Positions 30,435-40,671 are shown, counted from the first letter of the stretch. The stretch: 64,000 bases of DNA from Nitrospinales bacterium (GCA_965223345.1 CBDCWG010000012.1:3104001-3168000); one strand, 5' to 3'. Made by a program: numbers and translations. The notes: generated by a model from the letters alone, not told the origin.

Positions 30435-31742
30435 TTACAGCAGGCTGGAAAGTAGCAGCGCGATCCCCAGAAAGGAGAAAAAGCCCGCCACGTCGGTGAC
30501 GGTGGTCAGGATGATCGAGGAAGCCGTGGCGGGGTCTTTGCCCAGACGGGTGAGCACGATGGGCACCGAAGCGCCGGCGATTCCCGCAATGACCATCGAG
30601 AGGATCATGGACAGGCCGATCACCAGGCCCAGCCCGATCGACCGGCTCCAGACATACACGCCCACCGCCGTCGTCGCCGCGATGGCGATCCCGTTGACGA
30701 ACCCCACCCGCATTTCCTTGAGGACCACCGTACCCCAGTGGCGCACGCTGATTTCCCGCAGCGCCAGCCCGCGCATGGTGACCGCCAGCGCCTGCGCGCC
30801 GGCGTTTCCCGACTGCCCCGCGACCACCGGCAACAGCACCGCCAGAGCGGTGAACTTGGCGATCAACCCCTCGAACAGGCCGACCACCGCCGAAGCCAGA
30901 AACGCCGTCAGCAGGTTGATTTCCAGCCAGGGCAGCCGGTTGCGGATAGCCACACCGGGCCGGGACAACGCCCTCTCGTTCTCGCCGACGCCGAACATGG
31001 TCTGGATATCGATCGTCGCCTCCTCTCCCGCCGCCTTGATCAACGCATCGTGCCGCACGATTCCGATCAGGTGCCCGGACAGGTCCACCACAGGCAGGCT
31101 GGTCAGCTTGAATTCCTCCAGTTTGTGCACCACCTCTTCCCGGGGATCTTCGGGGTGTACAATCACACGGACCGGCCGGGCGAATTCCCGCAATTCCTTG
31201 TTGTAATCCGCGAGCACCAGATCCTGAATATCCATCCGGGACTTCAGCACATTACCGGCGTCCACCAGATACAGCGTCCGGGTGGTGCGGTTTTCGGGCT
31301 GCCTGAGCCGTTTCAGCGCCATTTTGACGGTCATCGATTCACGAAACACGAGAATACGCGTGTCCATCAGACGTCCCGCCGAATTGGGGGGATACGCCAT
31401 GAGCCGGTTGTATTCCCGTCGCAACGGAGCCGGCAGCGCGGCCAGCCGCCGGTTCTGCTCCTCAGCGGGCATGTGCCCGAGAATCTGCACCATGACATTG
31501 GAACTGGCGTCCTGCAGGAGAGCTTCTGCAAGGGATTCGGGCAGATGCGCGAAGACCCGCGCTGCAAAATCCGGTGTGAGCCGGTCCAGCACGCGGGAGA
31601 TGAGAGAGGGAGCCAGTCCTTCCAGAAACCGTCCGGCGGTTTCGGGTTCCATGCTCTCGATTTTTTTAACGGCATCCGAGGGATGATCGAGAATGAACCT
31701 GCGGTTCAGCAATTCAAAGGCGGCCGCGGCTTTGGCATTCAC
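30435..31742 (-). CDS. mgtE: magnesium transporter MgtE
   Basis: YP..SAG.LM, CBS pair, RLPWL, GNAGAQ, DPATAS..LTT.TD..GF. Confidence 0.92.
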   Translation of the reverse strand: MNAKAAAAFELLNRRFILDHPSDAVKKIESMEPETAGRFLEGLAPSLISRVLDRLTPDFAARVFAHLPESLAEALLQDASSNVMVQILGHMPAEEQNRRLAALPAPLRREYNRLMAYPPNSAGRLMDTRILVFRESMTVKMALKRLRQPENRTTRTLYLVDAGNVLKSRMDIQDLVLADYNKELREFARPVRVIVHPEDPREEVVHKLEEFKLTSLPVVDLSGHLIGIVRHDALIKAAGEEATIDIQTMFGVGENERALSRPGVAIRNRLPWLEINLLTAFLASAVVGLFEGLIAKFTALAVLLPVVAGQSGNAGAQALAVTMRGLALREISVRHWGTVVLKEMRVGFVNGIAIAATTAVGVYVWSRSIGLGLVIGLSMILSMVIAGIAGASVPIVLTRLGKDPATASSIILTTVTDVAGFFSFLGIALLLSSLL

Positions 31743-32575
31743 GAGGTGCTCTCCCGGGAAGAGGATTTGCCCGCAATGGTCTGAACCAGTCCGGAAAGGG
31801 TGGACGCGTAGGTTTTGACCACATCCAGAACGATGGAATCGGTGTTCACCGGTTCATAATTTTCCTGGAGGAATTCGATTCCCTTGTTCAGGTTGTTGCG
31901 CGTCAGGACGCCAAGATAACTGCCTTTTCGATTGGTGACCGCAAGCGCATCGAAGTTTTCCCAGTTCAGATACGACGCAATGGCGTGCAGCGATGCCTGA
32001 TCCGAGACCGGTTTCAGATCCACGGTGATGATTTTTGCCAGCTGGCTTTTATTGCTCTCCACCACCAGCCGCGACAAACGCAAAAAGCCCGCCACGGTTC
32101 CGTCCACTTTCAGGACACAGATTGAATGATTGACCGGTTTGGCGGATTTTCGCAGCAGATTGCGCGCATCGCCGACCGTCCCGCCCTCGGTGAGTGTGGG
32201 GCAGTCCGAATCCATCCAGGCTCCGACGGAATCCTGGGGATAGCTCAACCGTTTTTTGAACAGCGTTTTTCGATCCCCCTGCAGGTTTTTGAGCATCGGC
32301 TTGACATAGGAATAGGGAAAAAGCCGCAACAGGGACACACCGGTCACGATGCGGACTTTCTGAAGCAGTTCCAGCGTCGTCTCGGATTTTGCGATCAGGA
32401 GGCATTGGGCTGCATACACAGGAGACATTTGCTCCAGCACCCGGGCGCCGTTTTCGACGGGAACTTCTTCCAGAAAAACAGCGGTTTCCTCTGCAGACAA
32501 TCCCTGCAGCGCTTTGGCGGCTTCCCCCGGATGGGCTTTCAGATATTCGAGCGTGAATTCCAGCGATTCATCCAC
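31739..32575 (-). CDS. soluble MgtE N-terminal + CBS protein (no TM domain)
   Basis: HP..AA..L helical repeats, YP.DSVG.WM, CBS-like pair; overlaps the mgtE start. Confidence 0.7.
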   Translation of the reverse strand: MDESLEFTLEYLKAHPGEAAKALQGLSAEETAVFLEEVPVENGARVLEQMSPVYAAQCLLIAKSETTLELLQKVRIVTGVSLLRLFPYSYVKPMLKNLQGDRKTLFKKRLSYPQDSVGAWMDSDCPTLTEGGTVGDARNLLRKSAKPVNHSICVLKVDGTVAGFLRLSRLVVESNKSQLAKIITVDLKPVSDQASLHAIASYLNWENFDALAVTNRKGSYLGVLTRNNLNKGIEFLQENYEPVNTDSIVLDVVKTYASTLSGLVQTIAGKSSSRESTS

Positions 32576-32578
32576 AGA

Positions 32579-33397
32579 TCAGTTCTCGACGATGAGAATG
32601 GAAGATTCGGATTGAAATACTTTGGCAGGCACCAGCACGCGGCCGTCGTCCGTGGACAGGATGACCGCGACCGGCGTCAGCTCCAGAATGGTCCCCTCCA
32701 TGCTTCCAAGCCGCACCCGCTGTCCCGGCTGGTAATACTGCTTGAGATAATGCCCGCCGATGAGATTGTTGACCAGATCCTGCGTTCCGAGCCCGAGCCC
32801 CAGGGCCAGACTGCCGACGGCCGCCGCCACCAGAATCGCGAGCAGCGTCACCAGGAATTCCACTTCCACGCCGATCTGATCCAGACCCATAATAGCGGCG
32901 ATGATCAGGATGGTCCCCTGGATCAATCCGCCCAGGATGCGCGAATAGCCCAGATCGGCGGCGGCGCTGGCTGAAATCGTGAGGTCCCTTGCCAGCGTGC
33001 TGAGCAGGATGCCCACGACAATGATCAAAGTGCCGGCCACAAGCGATGGGAAAAACTCCACCAGATGGTCCAGCCAGATGGAAAACGCCGTCAGGCCGAA
33101 AATCTGTGTCGCCGCGGTCACAAAAAACAGCAGCGTGATCCAGAAAACCACCTGGCTCAACAATTTGATGAAAACCTGCGGAAACCGGAATCCCGCTTTG
33201 GGAAAGGCGCGGATCAGGAACTTGTTGACGATGGTCGCCAGCCGGACGCTCAGCTTTTTGAAACCGAGCGCCACCAGCCAGCCGAATATCAACAGCAAAG
33301 CGGCGCCGATGAGATTGGGTGAAAATTCGATGATGCGGTTCACCCATGTGGAGAATATCTGGGGGAGTTCTATCAGGCTGTTTGCGAGATCATTCAT
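32579..33397 (-). CDS. CmpX/MscS-family small mechanosensitive-channel-like protein
   Basis: PNLIGA.LLL..GW TM-helix repeats, LGLG.QD.V.N...G, GQRV...EG.I. Confidence 0.8.
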   Translation of the reverse strand: MNDLANSLIELPQIFSTWVNRIIEFSPNLIGAALLLIFGWLVALGFKKLSVRLATIVNKFLIRAFPKAGFRFPQVFIKLLSQVVFWITLLFFVTAATQIFGLTAFSIWLDHLVEFFPSLVAGTLIIVVGILLSTLARDLTISASAAADLGYSRILGGLIQGTILIIAAIMGLDQIGVEVEFLVTLLAILVAAAVGSLALGLGLGTQDLVNNLIGGHYLKQYYQPGQRVRLGSMEGTILELTPVAVILSTDDGRVLVPAKVFQSESSILIVEN

Positions 33398-33497
33398 GAG
33401 AAGGCACCGATTCGAATAGAGCCCCGCAATCGAGGGCCGGGAGCAAATGGAAGAAACCCGAAACGGAAAGGCGACACATCCCGGAGCGCTCCGGGAA

Positions 33498-35690
33498 TCA
33501 GGACTGAAAATCCTTGGAGGTCTTGAATATCAGGTAAGCCAAAAGAACGCTCCGGTCGATCAGACTGTCGCGCACGACAAATTCATTCTGCGTCCCGAAC
33601 CCGCCGGTGACGGGGCCGAATCCGTCGATTGCGGGAATGCCCTTGGGAACGTGAGCCAGGATGGTGGAAATGCCATCGGATGTTTTCTTCACGCGCACCT
33701 CAACCGATTTTGCGATTTTTTCCACTTTTTCATAAAAAGCCAGGGAATTCTCGTTTTCCAGGAAGGGCTTGCGGTGCTGCGGTTTGCTGATATGGGTCCG
33801 GACGGATGTGTTGCTTCCGGGGTCGAACGTTTTTGCCACCTGCCCTTCCAGTTTCTTTTGATCGTCCGGATTGCGGTATCGAATCAGAAAAGACACGGTC
33901 ACATGATGGGACGGATGGTTTTTGATGCCCTTGCTCAACACCTCCGTGACGGTGACGTAGATTCCTTCCTGCTCGGAATGCAGTTTCTTGAGGTTGTTGA
34001 TCTTTTGTGCCGCGAACAGAATGGGATCGCCAGGATCCATCGTGGATTTGCTCTTGGCCTGCACCTGCCGGCGCAGGATTTCCACCTCATAGAGCATGGT
34101 GCCGTAACAGGAGGTCATCACTTCGCCCGACAGTCCCGCACCGCTCAATCCCACCACATACTTCGACTGCTTTGAATATTCCTGGATCAGGGAATTGGAA
34201 GTCCGGCCTCCACGGGATTCATCGCTGACGAGCAGAATGCCGCATTTGATTTTTTTGAGAGACCGGGTGTGGCGCAAAGCCTGAAGCGCACCGAGCATCA
34301 CGGCCAGGCCGCCTTTGCCCAGAGAAACGCCGGTTCCGTACAACCGGCCCCGCTCTATCTGGAAAGGATTGAAGTCCTCGTAGTCCACCGAGTTATCCAG
34401 ATTTCCGATGATGAGGATATCATTATGGTCCTCCATGTGGTTTGAAAAATAGAGGATGTTCCCCACTTCCGCACGGGCCTGCACCTGCCGGTTGAACTGC
34501 ATGGGTGCGAGTTTGTTGGCGAGCCACCGGCCGAGGGAATTGACCCCTTCGATGTTATCGACGAAGGAATTGATGTCCACCATGTTGGACAGAGAATCCT
34601 CGATCGTGGTCTGGTTGCCGCGCAGAAAACTCCTCAACCTTATCTTCAAAGGATCTTTCTTGGCCTTGGATTCCGACTCCCCGACCGCCACCTGATCGAT
34701 CTGCTGCTGACCGAAATACCGCTCCACCGCGACGTCGAGCATCCGGTTGATCATGGATTCGTAGCTGTAACCGCCGACTTTGGCCGCGTGCACGTAGGAG
34801 CCTGTGATTCCCAGGCTGGCCATCGAATTGAGTTCCAGGATGTAGAGGTTGTCGTCCTTGTCCATCCGGAAGTCCACGCGGCAGAAATCGTAGATCCCCA
34901 GCACGCGGAAGGTCTCCCGCGTCAGCCGGCCCAATTCTTTTGCCAGCGCGTCGCTGACGTTCGCCGGGCAGACTTTCTCCTTGGGTTTTTTCAGTTTGTC
35001 TTCCAGGCTCTGAATGGCGAAGGGATCGCCGCCCAGGTCGATTTCCAGGATCGGCAGAATCTCCGGATCGTTGTTTCCCAGAAGGCCGATGGCAAACTCC
35101 CGCCCCGGTATGAACTGCTCCACCAGGATCGGCTGCTTGAACTGTTCCACCAGATCCGCGATGGCTGTCTTGAGCGTCGGAAGATCGTGGATGATCTGGA
35201 TTCCCAGCGACACCGCTTCCATTTTGGGTTTGGTGATGAGGGGAAAAGGCAGATCGTCCGGTATCTGGTCGGCGCTGTAAAACACCCAGTAGGGCGCGGT
35301 GGGAAGCCCCGCCGCTTCCACCATGACTTTGGTGGTCACCTTGTCCAGCGCGATTCCGTGGCCCGCCGGGCTGGAGCCCACATAGGGAACGCCCAGCATC
35401 TCGAGCAGGGAGGGGATGTGCGTGTACCGGCTCACCCCCTGAATGCCGTAGGCCATGTTGAACACCATGCCGGGGGTTTCCCCCTGGATGACGCGCGGCA
35501 TGAATTCGGTGAGCTGTTCGATCACATTGATGTTGCCGTCGATGATGCGGACGTTGTGCCCGCCCTGCTCCAGGGCGGAAGCCACCCGCTCCACGGTCTT
35601 GGGATTGTAGGTTTCCTGGTTCTGCATCCCGAAGACATTGATAACGCCTTCGGCATCTTCTTTTTTATTGTAAATAACGGCCACTTTCAT
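33498..35690 (-). CDS. fusion of a D-Ala-D-Ala-ligase-like ATP-grasp domain and a degenerate M20 peptidase domain
   Basis: LE..GVPYVGS, DK..TK, KP..E..SLGI, EQFI.GRE, RVDFR, LELNS; C-terminal half follows the M20/CPG2 scaffold. Confidence 0.85.
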   Translation of the reverse strand: MKVAVIYNKKEDAEGVINVFGMQNQETYNPKTVERVASALEQGGHNVRIIDGNINVIEQLTEFMPRVIQGETPGMVFNMAYGIQGVSRYTHIPSLLEMLGVPYVGSSPAGHGIALDKVTTKVMVEAAGLPTAPYWVFYSADQIPDDLPFPLITKPKMEAVSLGIQIIHDLPTLKTAIADLVEQFKQPILVEQFIPGREFAIGLLGNNDPEILPILEIDLGGDPFAIQSLEDKLKKPKEKVCPANVSDALAKELGRLTRETFRVLGIYDFCRVDFRMDKDDNLYILELNSMASLGITGSYVHAAKVGGYSYESMINRMLDVAVERYFGQQQIDQVAVGESESKAKKDPLKIRLRSFLRGNQTTIEDSLSNMVDINSFVDNIEGVNSLGRWLANKLAPMQFNRQVQARAEVGNILYFSNHMEDHNDILIIGNLDNSVDYEDFNPFQIERGRLYGTGVSLGKGGLAVMLGALQALRHTRSLKKIKCGILLVSDESRGGRTSNSLIQEYSKQSKYVVGLSGAGLSGEVMTSCYGTMLYEVEILRRQVQAKSKSTMDPGDPILFAAQKINNLKKLHSEQEGIYVTVTEVLSKGIKNHPSHHVTVSFLIRYRNPDDQKKLEGQVAKTFDPGSNTSVRTHISKPQHRKPFLENENSLAFYEKVEKIAKSVEVRVKKTSDGISTILAHVPKGIPAIDGFGPVTGGFGTQNEFVVRDSLIDRSVLLAYLIFKTSKDFQS

Positions 35691-35846
35691 AAATCACCAG
35701 ATACTGTCTTCAAAACGGGTTGAGAATCGAGATCAAAAAACAAGATGCCGTGAACGTCCGCAACGGGCGCTCGATCCAGCCGAAAAATTCTAACATATCG
35801 CCGTTGGGCTGGGAAACCGGTTTGATAAAGCGATTCATACTCCTCA

Positions 35847-37598
35847 TCAATAGCCCAGAGTCAGCGCCCCCGGCCGTCGCGGGTCGGACGCGCCGAAAAA
35901 CTGGCCGTTTTCCCGAAGCACCGACTGGGTGGAACCCATGGCGCTTTTGGCAACGGTTGCGTGCCCCATTTTTTCAAGTAGGCGCACGGTATCCGGGTTC
36001 AACCCCCGCTCGATGCGCAGTTGATCCGGCCGCCACTGGTGATGAATGCGGGGCGCATTGGTCGCTTCGGCGATGTTCATGCCGTGATCGATCACGTTGA
36101 GGATGACCTGCAGGATCGCATTGATCAGACGCGGCCCGCCGGGGCTGCCGGTGGCGAGAAACGGCTTGCCGGCCTTCAGCACGATCATCGGCGCCATGGA
36201 GCTCAAGGGGCGCTTGGTGGGCTGGATCGCATTCGCCTGCCCGCCCAGCAGGCCGTAGGCGTTGGGAACGCCCGGCTTGGCGGCAAAATTGTCCATCTCG
36301 TTGTTCAACAGAATGCCCGTGCCCCTGGGCACCAGGCCCGAGCCGAAGCTGAAGTTGAGCGTGGTGGTGTTGCTGACCACGTTGCCGAACCGGTCCATGA
36401 TGGAAAAATGGGTCGTTTCATTGCTTTCATACGGGCTCGGCGTTTCCGGACGAATCTCTTTGGATGGTTTTGCCTTTTCTGGATGAATCTGGCCCCGCAG
36501 TCGCTGCGCGTAGTTTTTCGAGGTGAGCCCGCGGATGGGAATGTGCCACCAGTCCGGATCGCCCAGATACTTGCTGCGGTCCGCGAACGCCAGTTTCATG
36601 GATTCCGCCATCAGGTGCAGGGCCTGCGCGCTGTTGGCGCCCATCTCTTTCAAGTCGTAGGCTTCCAGAATATTGAGCATCTGGACGATGTGCGTGCCCC
36701 CCGAGCTGGGCGGCGGCATGCCGACGATCTCATAACCCCGGTAGGTGCCGCGTACCGGCTCGCGCACCGCCACGGTGTAATTTTTCATGTCCTCCCGCGT
36801 GATCAGCCCGCCATGCTCTTTCATGGCGGCGAGGATCTTCTCGGCGATCGCGCCTTCGTAAAACGCACGCGGCCCGTTCTCGGCGATCTGCCGGAGAGAC
36901 CAGGCCAGATCCTTGAAAAAGATCCGTTCGCCCACCTGATACACCGATCCGTCGGGCTTGAAATAGATCCGTTTGGTTTCCGGCCATCGTTGCAGCCGCT
37001 CCTTGCCCTTTGTCAACGTGAACACCTGATCCTTGTTGACGATGATGCCTTCCTCCGCGAGCCTGATGGCGGGAGCGATCACGGTCTTGAGAGGCAGCGT
37101 CCCGTACCGGTCCAGAACATACGCCATCCCGGCCACCGAACCGGGCACGCCGACCGACTGAAAGCTCGACTGCGCCAGTTCCTCATCCACATCGCCTTCA
37201 TCGTCCAGGTACATGTCGAACGAAGCCTCGAGCGGGGCTTTCTCGCGGTAATCGATCGCCACGGTTTTTCCGCTCTCACCTTCATGCACCAGCATGAATC
37301 CGCCGCCGCCGATGTTGCCGGCGCGCGGCAGCGTGACCGCAAGCGCAAAGGACACCGCCACCGCCGCATCGATCGCGTTGCCCCCCTCTTCAAGAATTCT
37401 GAGGCCGATGCGCGTGGCGGTCGCTTCCTGGCTCGCCACCATGCCGTTGCGGCCGACGACGGGATGGAACACGTCCATCTGCGAATAGATGCCGCCCTGC
37501 TGGGCCCAAACCGGGGGCTGCAATGCAATAAACAGCATGTTGAGCGTGAGAAAGCCCGCGAAAATCGTTTTCAAACAAACCATGAGTTTGTGTTCCAT
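35847..37598 (-). CDS. ggt: periplasmic gamma-glutamyltranspeptidase
   Basis: Signal peptide, IDYRE, PPPSSGG, ETTHFS, TTLN, PLSSM, GSPGG, SDPR. Confidence 0.93.
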   Translation of the reverse strand: MEHKLMVCLKTIFAGFLTLNMLFIALQPPVWAQQGGIYSQMDVFHPVVGRNGMVASQEATATRIGLRILEEGGNAIDAAVAVSFALAVTLPRAGNIGGGGFMLVHEGESGKTVAIDYREKAPLEASFDMYLDDEGDVDEELAQSSFQSVGVPGSVAGMAYVLDRYGTLPLKTVIAPAIRLAEEGIIVNKDQVFTLTKGKERLQRWPETKRIYFKPDGSVYQVGERIFFKDLAWSLRQIAENGPRAFYEGAIAEKILAAMKEHGGLITREDMKNYTVAVREPVRGTYRGYEIVGMPPPSSGGTHIVQMLNILEAYDLKEMGANSAQALHLMAESMKLAFADRSKYLGDPDWWHIPIRGLTSKNYAQRLRGQIHPEKAKPSKEIRPETPSPYESNETTHFSIMDRFGNVVSNTTTLNFSFGSGLVPRGTGILLNNEMDNFAAKPGVPNAYGLLGGQANAIQPTKRPLSSMAPMIVLKAGKPFLATGSPGGPRLINAILQVILNVIDHGMNIAEATNAPRIHHQWRPDQLRIERGLNPDTVRLLEKMGHATVAKSAMGSTQSVLRENGQFFGASDPRRPGALTLGY

Positions 37599-37611
37599 TC
37601 AATTCAGAGTT

Positions 37612-37821
37612 TCAGAATCGTCTGCGCTGGGTTCTTCTGTAAAAACTGGATAAAAACCAGCCGATTAAAATGCCCACCGTCAATACCAGGATGATCATCA
37701 GCGCACGGGATATCGCCAATTCCCAGAACAGAAATTTGATCGCGACGATCTCCACATTCTGGATCGTGAAAACCACCACGATGATGAGCAGCGTTAACCC
37801 AAGAGACAGTTTGAAACTCAT
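37612..37821 (-). CDS. LapA/DUF1049-family small membrane protein
   Basis: TM-F..QN...V...FLFW-TM-G..IG; AGGAG SD. Confidence 0.75.
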   Translation of the reverse strand: MSFKLSLGLTLLIIVVVFTIQNVEIVAIKFLFWELAISRALMIILVLTVGILIGWFLSSFYRRTQRRRF

Positions 37822-38208
37822 GAGAACTCCTGGCTTTCTCAAAATTCAAATTATAACATTTAGGAAAGTTCACTCCTTTTTTTCTTCTAAGCCTGTGGGA
37901 ATAATTGCAGGGTGACTTGCTGCGTTTCAAGGCACAAACTTTTGATTTATGAGTCAAAATGGACAAGCAGGATTCGCAGCCGCATGACATTTCCATATAC
38001 TATTTTTGTGTTATTTTTCTCCCATTCCTCTAAAATGATTTCGTTTCAGAATCGGCTTCTCCATGCATCTGTTTTAAATGCCGCCGGTTTGATTCAGCAT
38101 GGATTTCTTACTTTCAATAAGAGAATCCCGCTGCTGGACTGTATGGCGCAGGGTGAATTTTTATAACTCTAAATCGTTTCAGGCTGGTTTCACCCGGCCT
38201 GCCGAATC

Positions 38209-38694
38209 TTGAAAAAAAGCAAACGCTTACAAAAAAAGAAGGAACCGCTCCCCGTCATCGGCTGGAGGGAATGGGTCTCTTTTCCGGATCTGGGAATAAA
38301 ATCGATCAAGGCGAAGGTCGATACCGGTGCGCGCACCTCTTCCCTTCATATTTCCGAATCCCAGTTGAACCGGAAATCCAGGAAGCTCCAGTTTCTGGTT
38401 CACCCCAAACAGAGGAGCAACACCCCGGAAATTCAGGCTTCCGCGCGGGTCAAGGAGCACCGGTCGGTCAAGAGCTCCAATGGAGAAACCAGCCTGCGGC
38501 CGGTGATCGACACCACTTTAATGATCGGGGACCAGCAGCACACCATCGAGTTGACCCTGGTCAATCGAGACATGATGGGATTTCGCTTGTTGCTGGGCCG
38601 GGAAGCCACCCGGCGAAAATACCTCGTTGACCCCGGAAAATCTTACCTCAAATCCAAGAATCCGAGCGCAAAAAAACGGAGCACGAAAAAATGA
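38209..38694 (+). CDS. RimK-associated retropepsin-like aspartic peptidase (RimB-like)
   Basis: [32 protein letters not shown]. Confidence 0.88.
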   Translation: MKKSKRLQKKKEPLPVIGWREWVSFPDLGIKSIKAKVDTGARTSSLHISESQLNRKSRKLQFLVHPKQRSNTPEIQASARVKEHRSVKSSNGETSLRPVIDTTLMIGDQQHTIELTLVNRDMMGFRLLLGREATRRKYLVDPGKSYLKSKNPSAKKRSTKK

Positions 38695-39596
38695 ATATCG
38701 TCATTTTATCCCGCGGTCCCAATCTTTTCTCGACGAAGCGGCTGGTGGAAGCGGCCAAGAACCGGGATCATGAAGTGGAGGTGATCAATCCGCTCAAATG
38801 CTATATGAATATCACCTCACACAAACCCACGGTTCATTATATGGACCGGGTGCTCAACAAAGTGGATGCGGTCATTCCCCGCATCGGCGCTTCCATCACT
38901 TTTTTCGGAACCGCCGTCGTGCGTCAGTTCGAAATGGGCGGCACCTATTCCCTGAACGAATCGGTGGCCATCTCGCGTTCGCGCGACAAATTGAGGTCCC
39001 TGCAGATTCTGGCGCGCAAAGGGATCGGACTGCCCATTTCCGGCTTCGCCCACTCAACGCAAAGGACGGATGAGTTGATCGAGCTTTGCAACGGCGCACC
39101 ATTGGTCGTCAAACTTCTCGAAGGAACGCAGGGCAAAGGCGTGGTGCTGGCGGAAACCCACAAGGCGGCGGAGAGCGTGATCGGCGCCTTTCAAAGTTTG
39201 AAGGCCAACTTCATGGTGCAGGAATTCATCAAAGAGGCGGGCGGCGCGGATATCCGCTGCCTGGTGGTGGGGGAAAAAGTGGTCGCTTCCATGAAGCGGC
39301 AGGGAAAGGAAGGCGAGTTCCGTTCCAACCTGCACCGTGGAGGCAGCGCGCATGCCATCAAAATCACGCCCGAAGAGCGGAGCACCGCGGTCCGCTCCGC
39401 CAAGACGCTGGGTTTGAACGTGGCCGGTGTGGATCTTCTGCGGTCCAACCACGGACCGGTGATCATGGAAGTCAATTCTTCCCCCGGCCTCGAAGGCATT
39501 GAAAATGCCACCGGAGTGGACGTGGCCGGCAAGATCATCGAGTTCATTGAAAAAGACGCCCGCCCCGGGAACACCCGGACCAGCGGAGAAGGTTGA
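38691..39596 (+). CDS. rimK: RimK-family alpha-L-glutamate ligase
   Basis: [57 protein letters not shown]. Confidence 0.95.
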   Translation: MNIVILSRGPNLFSTKRLVEAAKNRDHEVEVINPLKCYMNITSHKPTVHYMDRVLNKVDAVIPRIGASITFFGTAVVRQFEMGGTYSLNESVAISRSRDKLRSLQILARKGIGLPISGFAHSTQRTDELIELCNGAPLVVKLLEGTQGKGVVLAETHKAAESVIGAFQSLKANFMVQEFIKEAGGADIRCLVVGEKVVASMKRQGKEGEFRSNLHRGGSAHAIKITPEERSTAVRSAKTLGLNVAGVDLLRSNHGPVIMEVNSSPGLEGIENATGVDVAGKIIEFIEKDARPGNTRTSGEG

Positions 39597-39599
39597 AGC

Positions 39600-40616
39600 A
39601 TGCCGGAGGATTTTTCAATCGGAGGTCAAAGCGTCGAGCCCGGGGAACGCCGGCTGATCAGTCTTTCCGTCTCCAAACTGTACGATTTCACCGAGGTCAA
39701 TCTACCGATCGAGGTGATCCGCGGAAAAAAGCCCGGGCCCATCCTGTTCATTTCATCCGCCATTCATGGAGACGAAATCAACGGCATCGAAATCATCCGC
39801 CGCCTGCTCACCTACAAACCGCTCAACAAGCTGTGCGGCACCTTGATCACCATTCCCGTTGTCAATATATTCGGATTCAACAATCTGTCGCGCTACCTGC
39901 CCGACCGCCGCGACCTCAACCGTTCCTTCCCCGGCTCGGCCAAAGGTTCCCTGGCCGCGCAGCTGGCGCATCTGTTCACGGCTGAGATTCTGAAAAAATG
40001 CACCCACGGGATCGATCTGCACACCGGCGCCATCCATCGAAGCAATTTGCCGCAGATTCGCGGTTGTGTCGATGACCGGGACACCAGCCAGCTGGCGTTT
40101 CAATTTGGAGTGCCGGTCATCATCAACGCCAATTCCAGAGACGGCTCGTTGCGCGCAGAGGCGCGCAAGAAAAACATTCCGATCCTGCTTTACGAAGGGG
40201 GCGAAGCGCTGCGCTACGACGAACAGGTGATCCGCATGGGCGTGAACGGGATCAAGTCGGTGATGCAGGCCATCGGCATGCTCCCGTCCAAATCCCTGAA
40301 AAAAAGAAAAGAAGCGTTCATATCCAGAAAAACCGTCTGGGTCCGCGCTCCGGGCTCGGGGATTTTGATGCCGAACAAACATCTGGGAGCGCGTGTGGAA
40401 GCCAAAGAAATCCTGGGCTTCATCCGCGACCCGTTCGGAAAGCATGAGGTGCCGGTTCCAGCGAGAGTCGGGGGCATCATCATCGGCAAGGCTCAGCTGC
40501 CTCTCGTCAACAAAGGCGACGCCTTATTCCACATCGCCACATTCGTCAACACCCACAAAGTCAAAAAAACCCTCGACAAACTCAATATCGCAGAAAAAAA
40601 ACAGGTGAGCGGATAG
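39600..40616 (+). CDS. succinylglutamate desuccinylase/aspartoacylase (M14) family peptidase
   Basis: HGDE.NG, DLNR.FPG, IDLHTG, YEGGE, C-terminal barrel. Confidence 0.92.
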   Translation: MPEDFSIGGQSVEPGERRLISLSVSKLYDFTEVNLPIEVIRGKKPGPILFISSAIHGDEINGIEIIRRLLTYKPLNKLCGTLITIPVVNIFGFNNLSRYLPDRRDLNRSFPGSAKGSLAAQLAHLFTAEILKKCTHGIDLHTGAIHRSNLPQIRGCVDDRDTSQLAFQFGVPVIINANSRDGSLRAEARKKNIPILLYEGGEALRYDEQVIRMGVNGIKSVMQAIGMLPSKSLKKRKEAFISRKTVWVRAPGSGILMPNKHLGARVEAKEILGFIRDPFGKHEVPVPARVGGIIIGKAQLPLVNKGDALFHIATFVNTHKVKKTLDKLNIAEKKQVSG

Positions 40617-40671
40617 ACCGCTGTGGGATTTGCCCAACGGTCTTTGGGATCGACCGGGATTTCGGCGTTTC

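Noticed and set aside
33498..35690. Housekeeping ddl
   Set aside because: Lacks the N-terminal D-Ala-binding motif, is fused to an M20-like domain and has no mur/fts context.
18300..40620. Integrative element or prophage boundaries around the glutamyl cluster
   Set aside because: No integrase, transposase, tRNA or flanking direct repeats found by eye.
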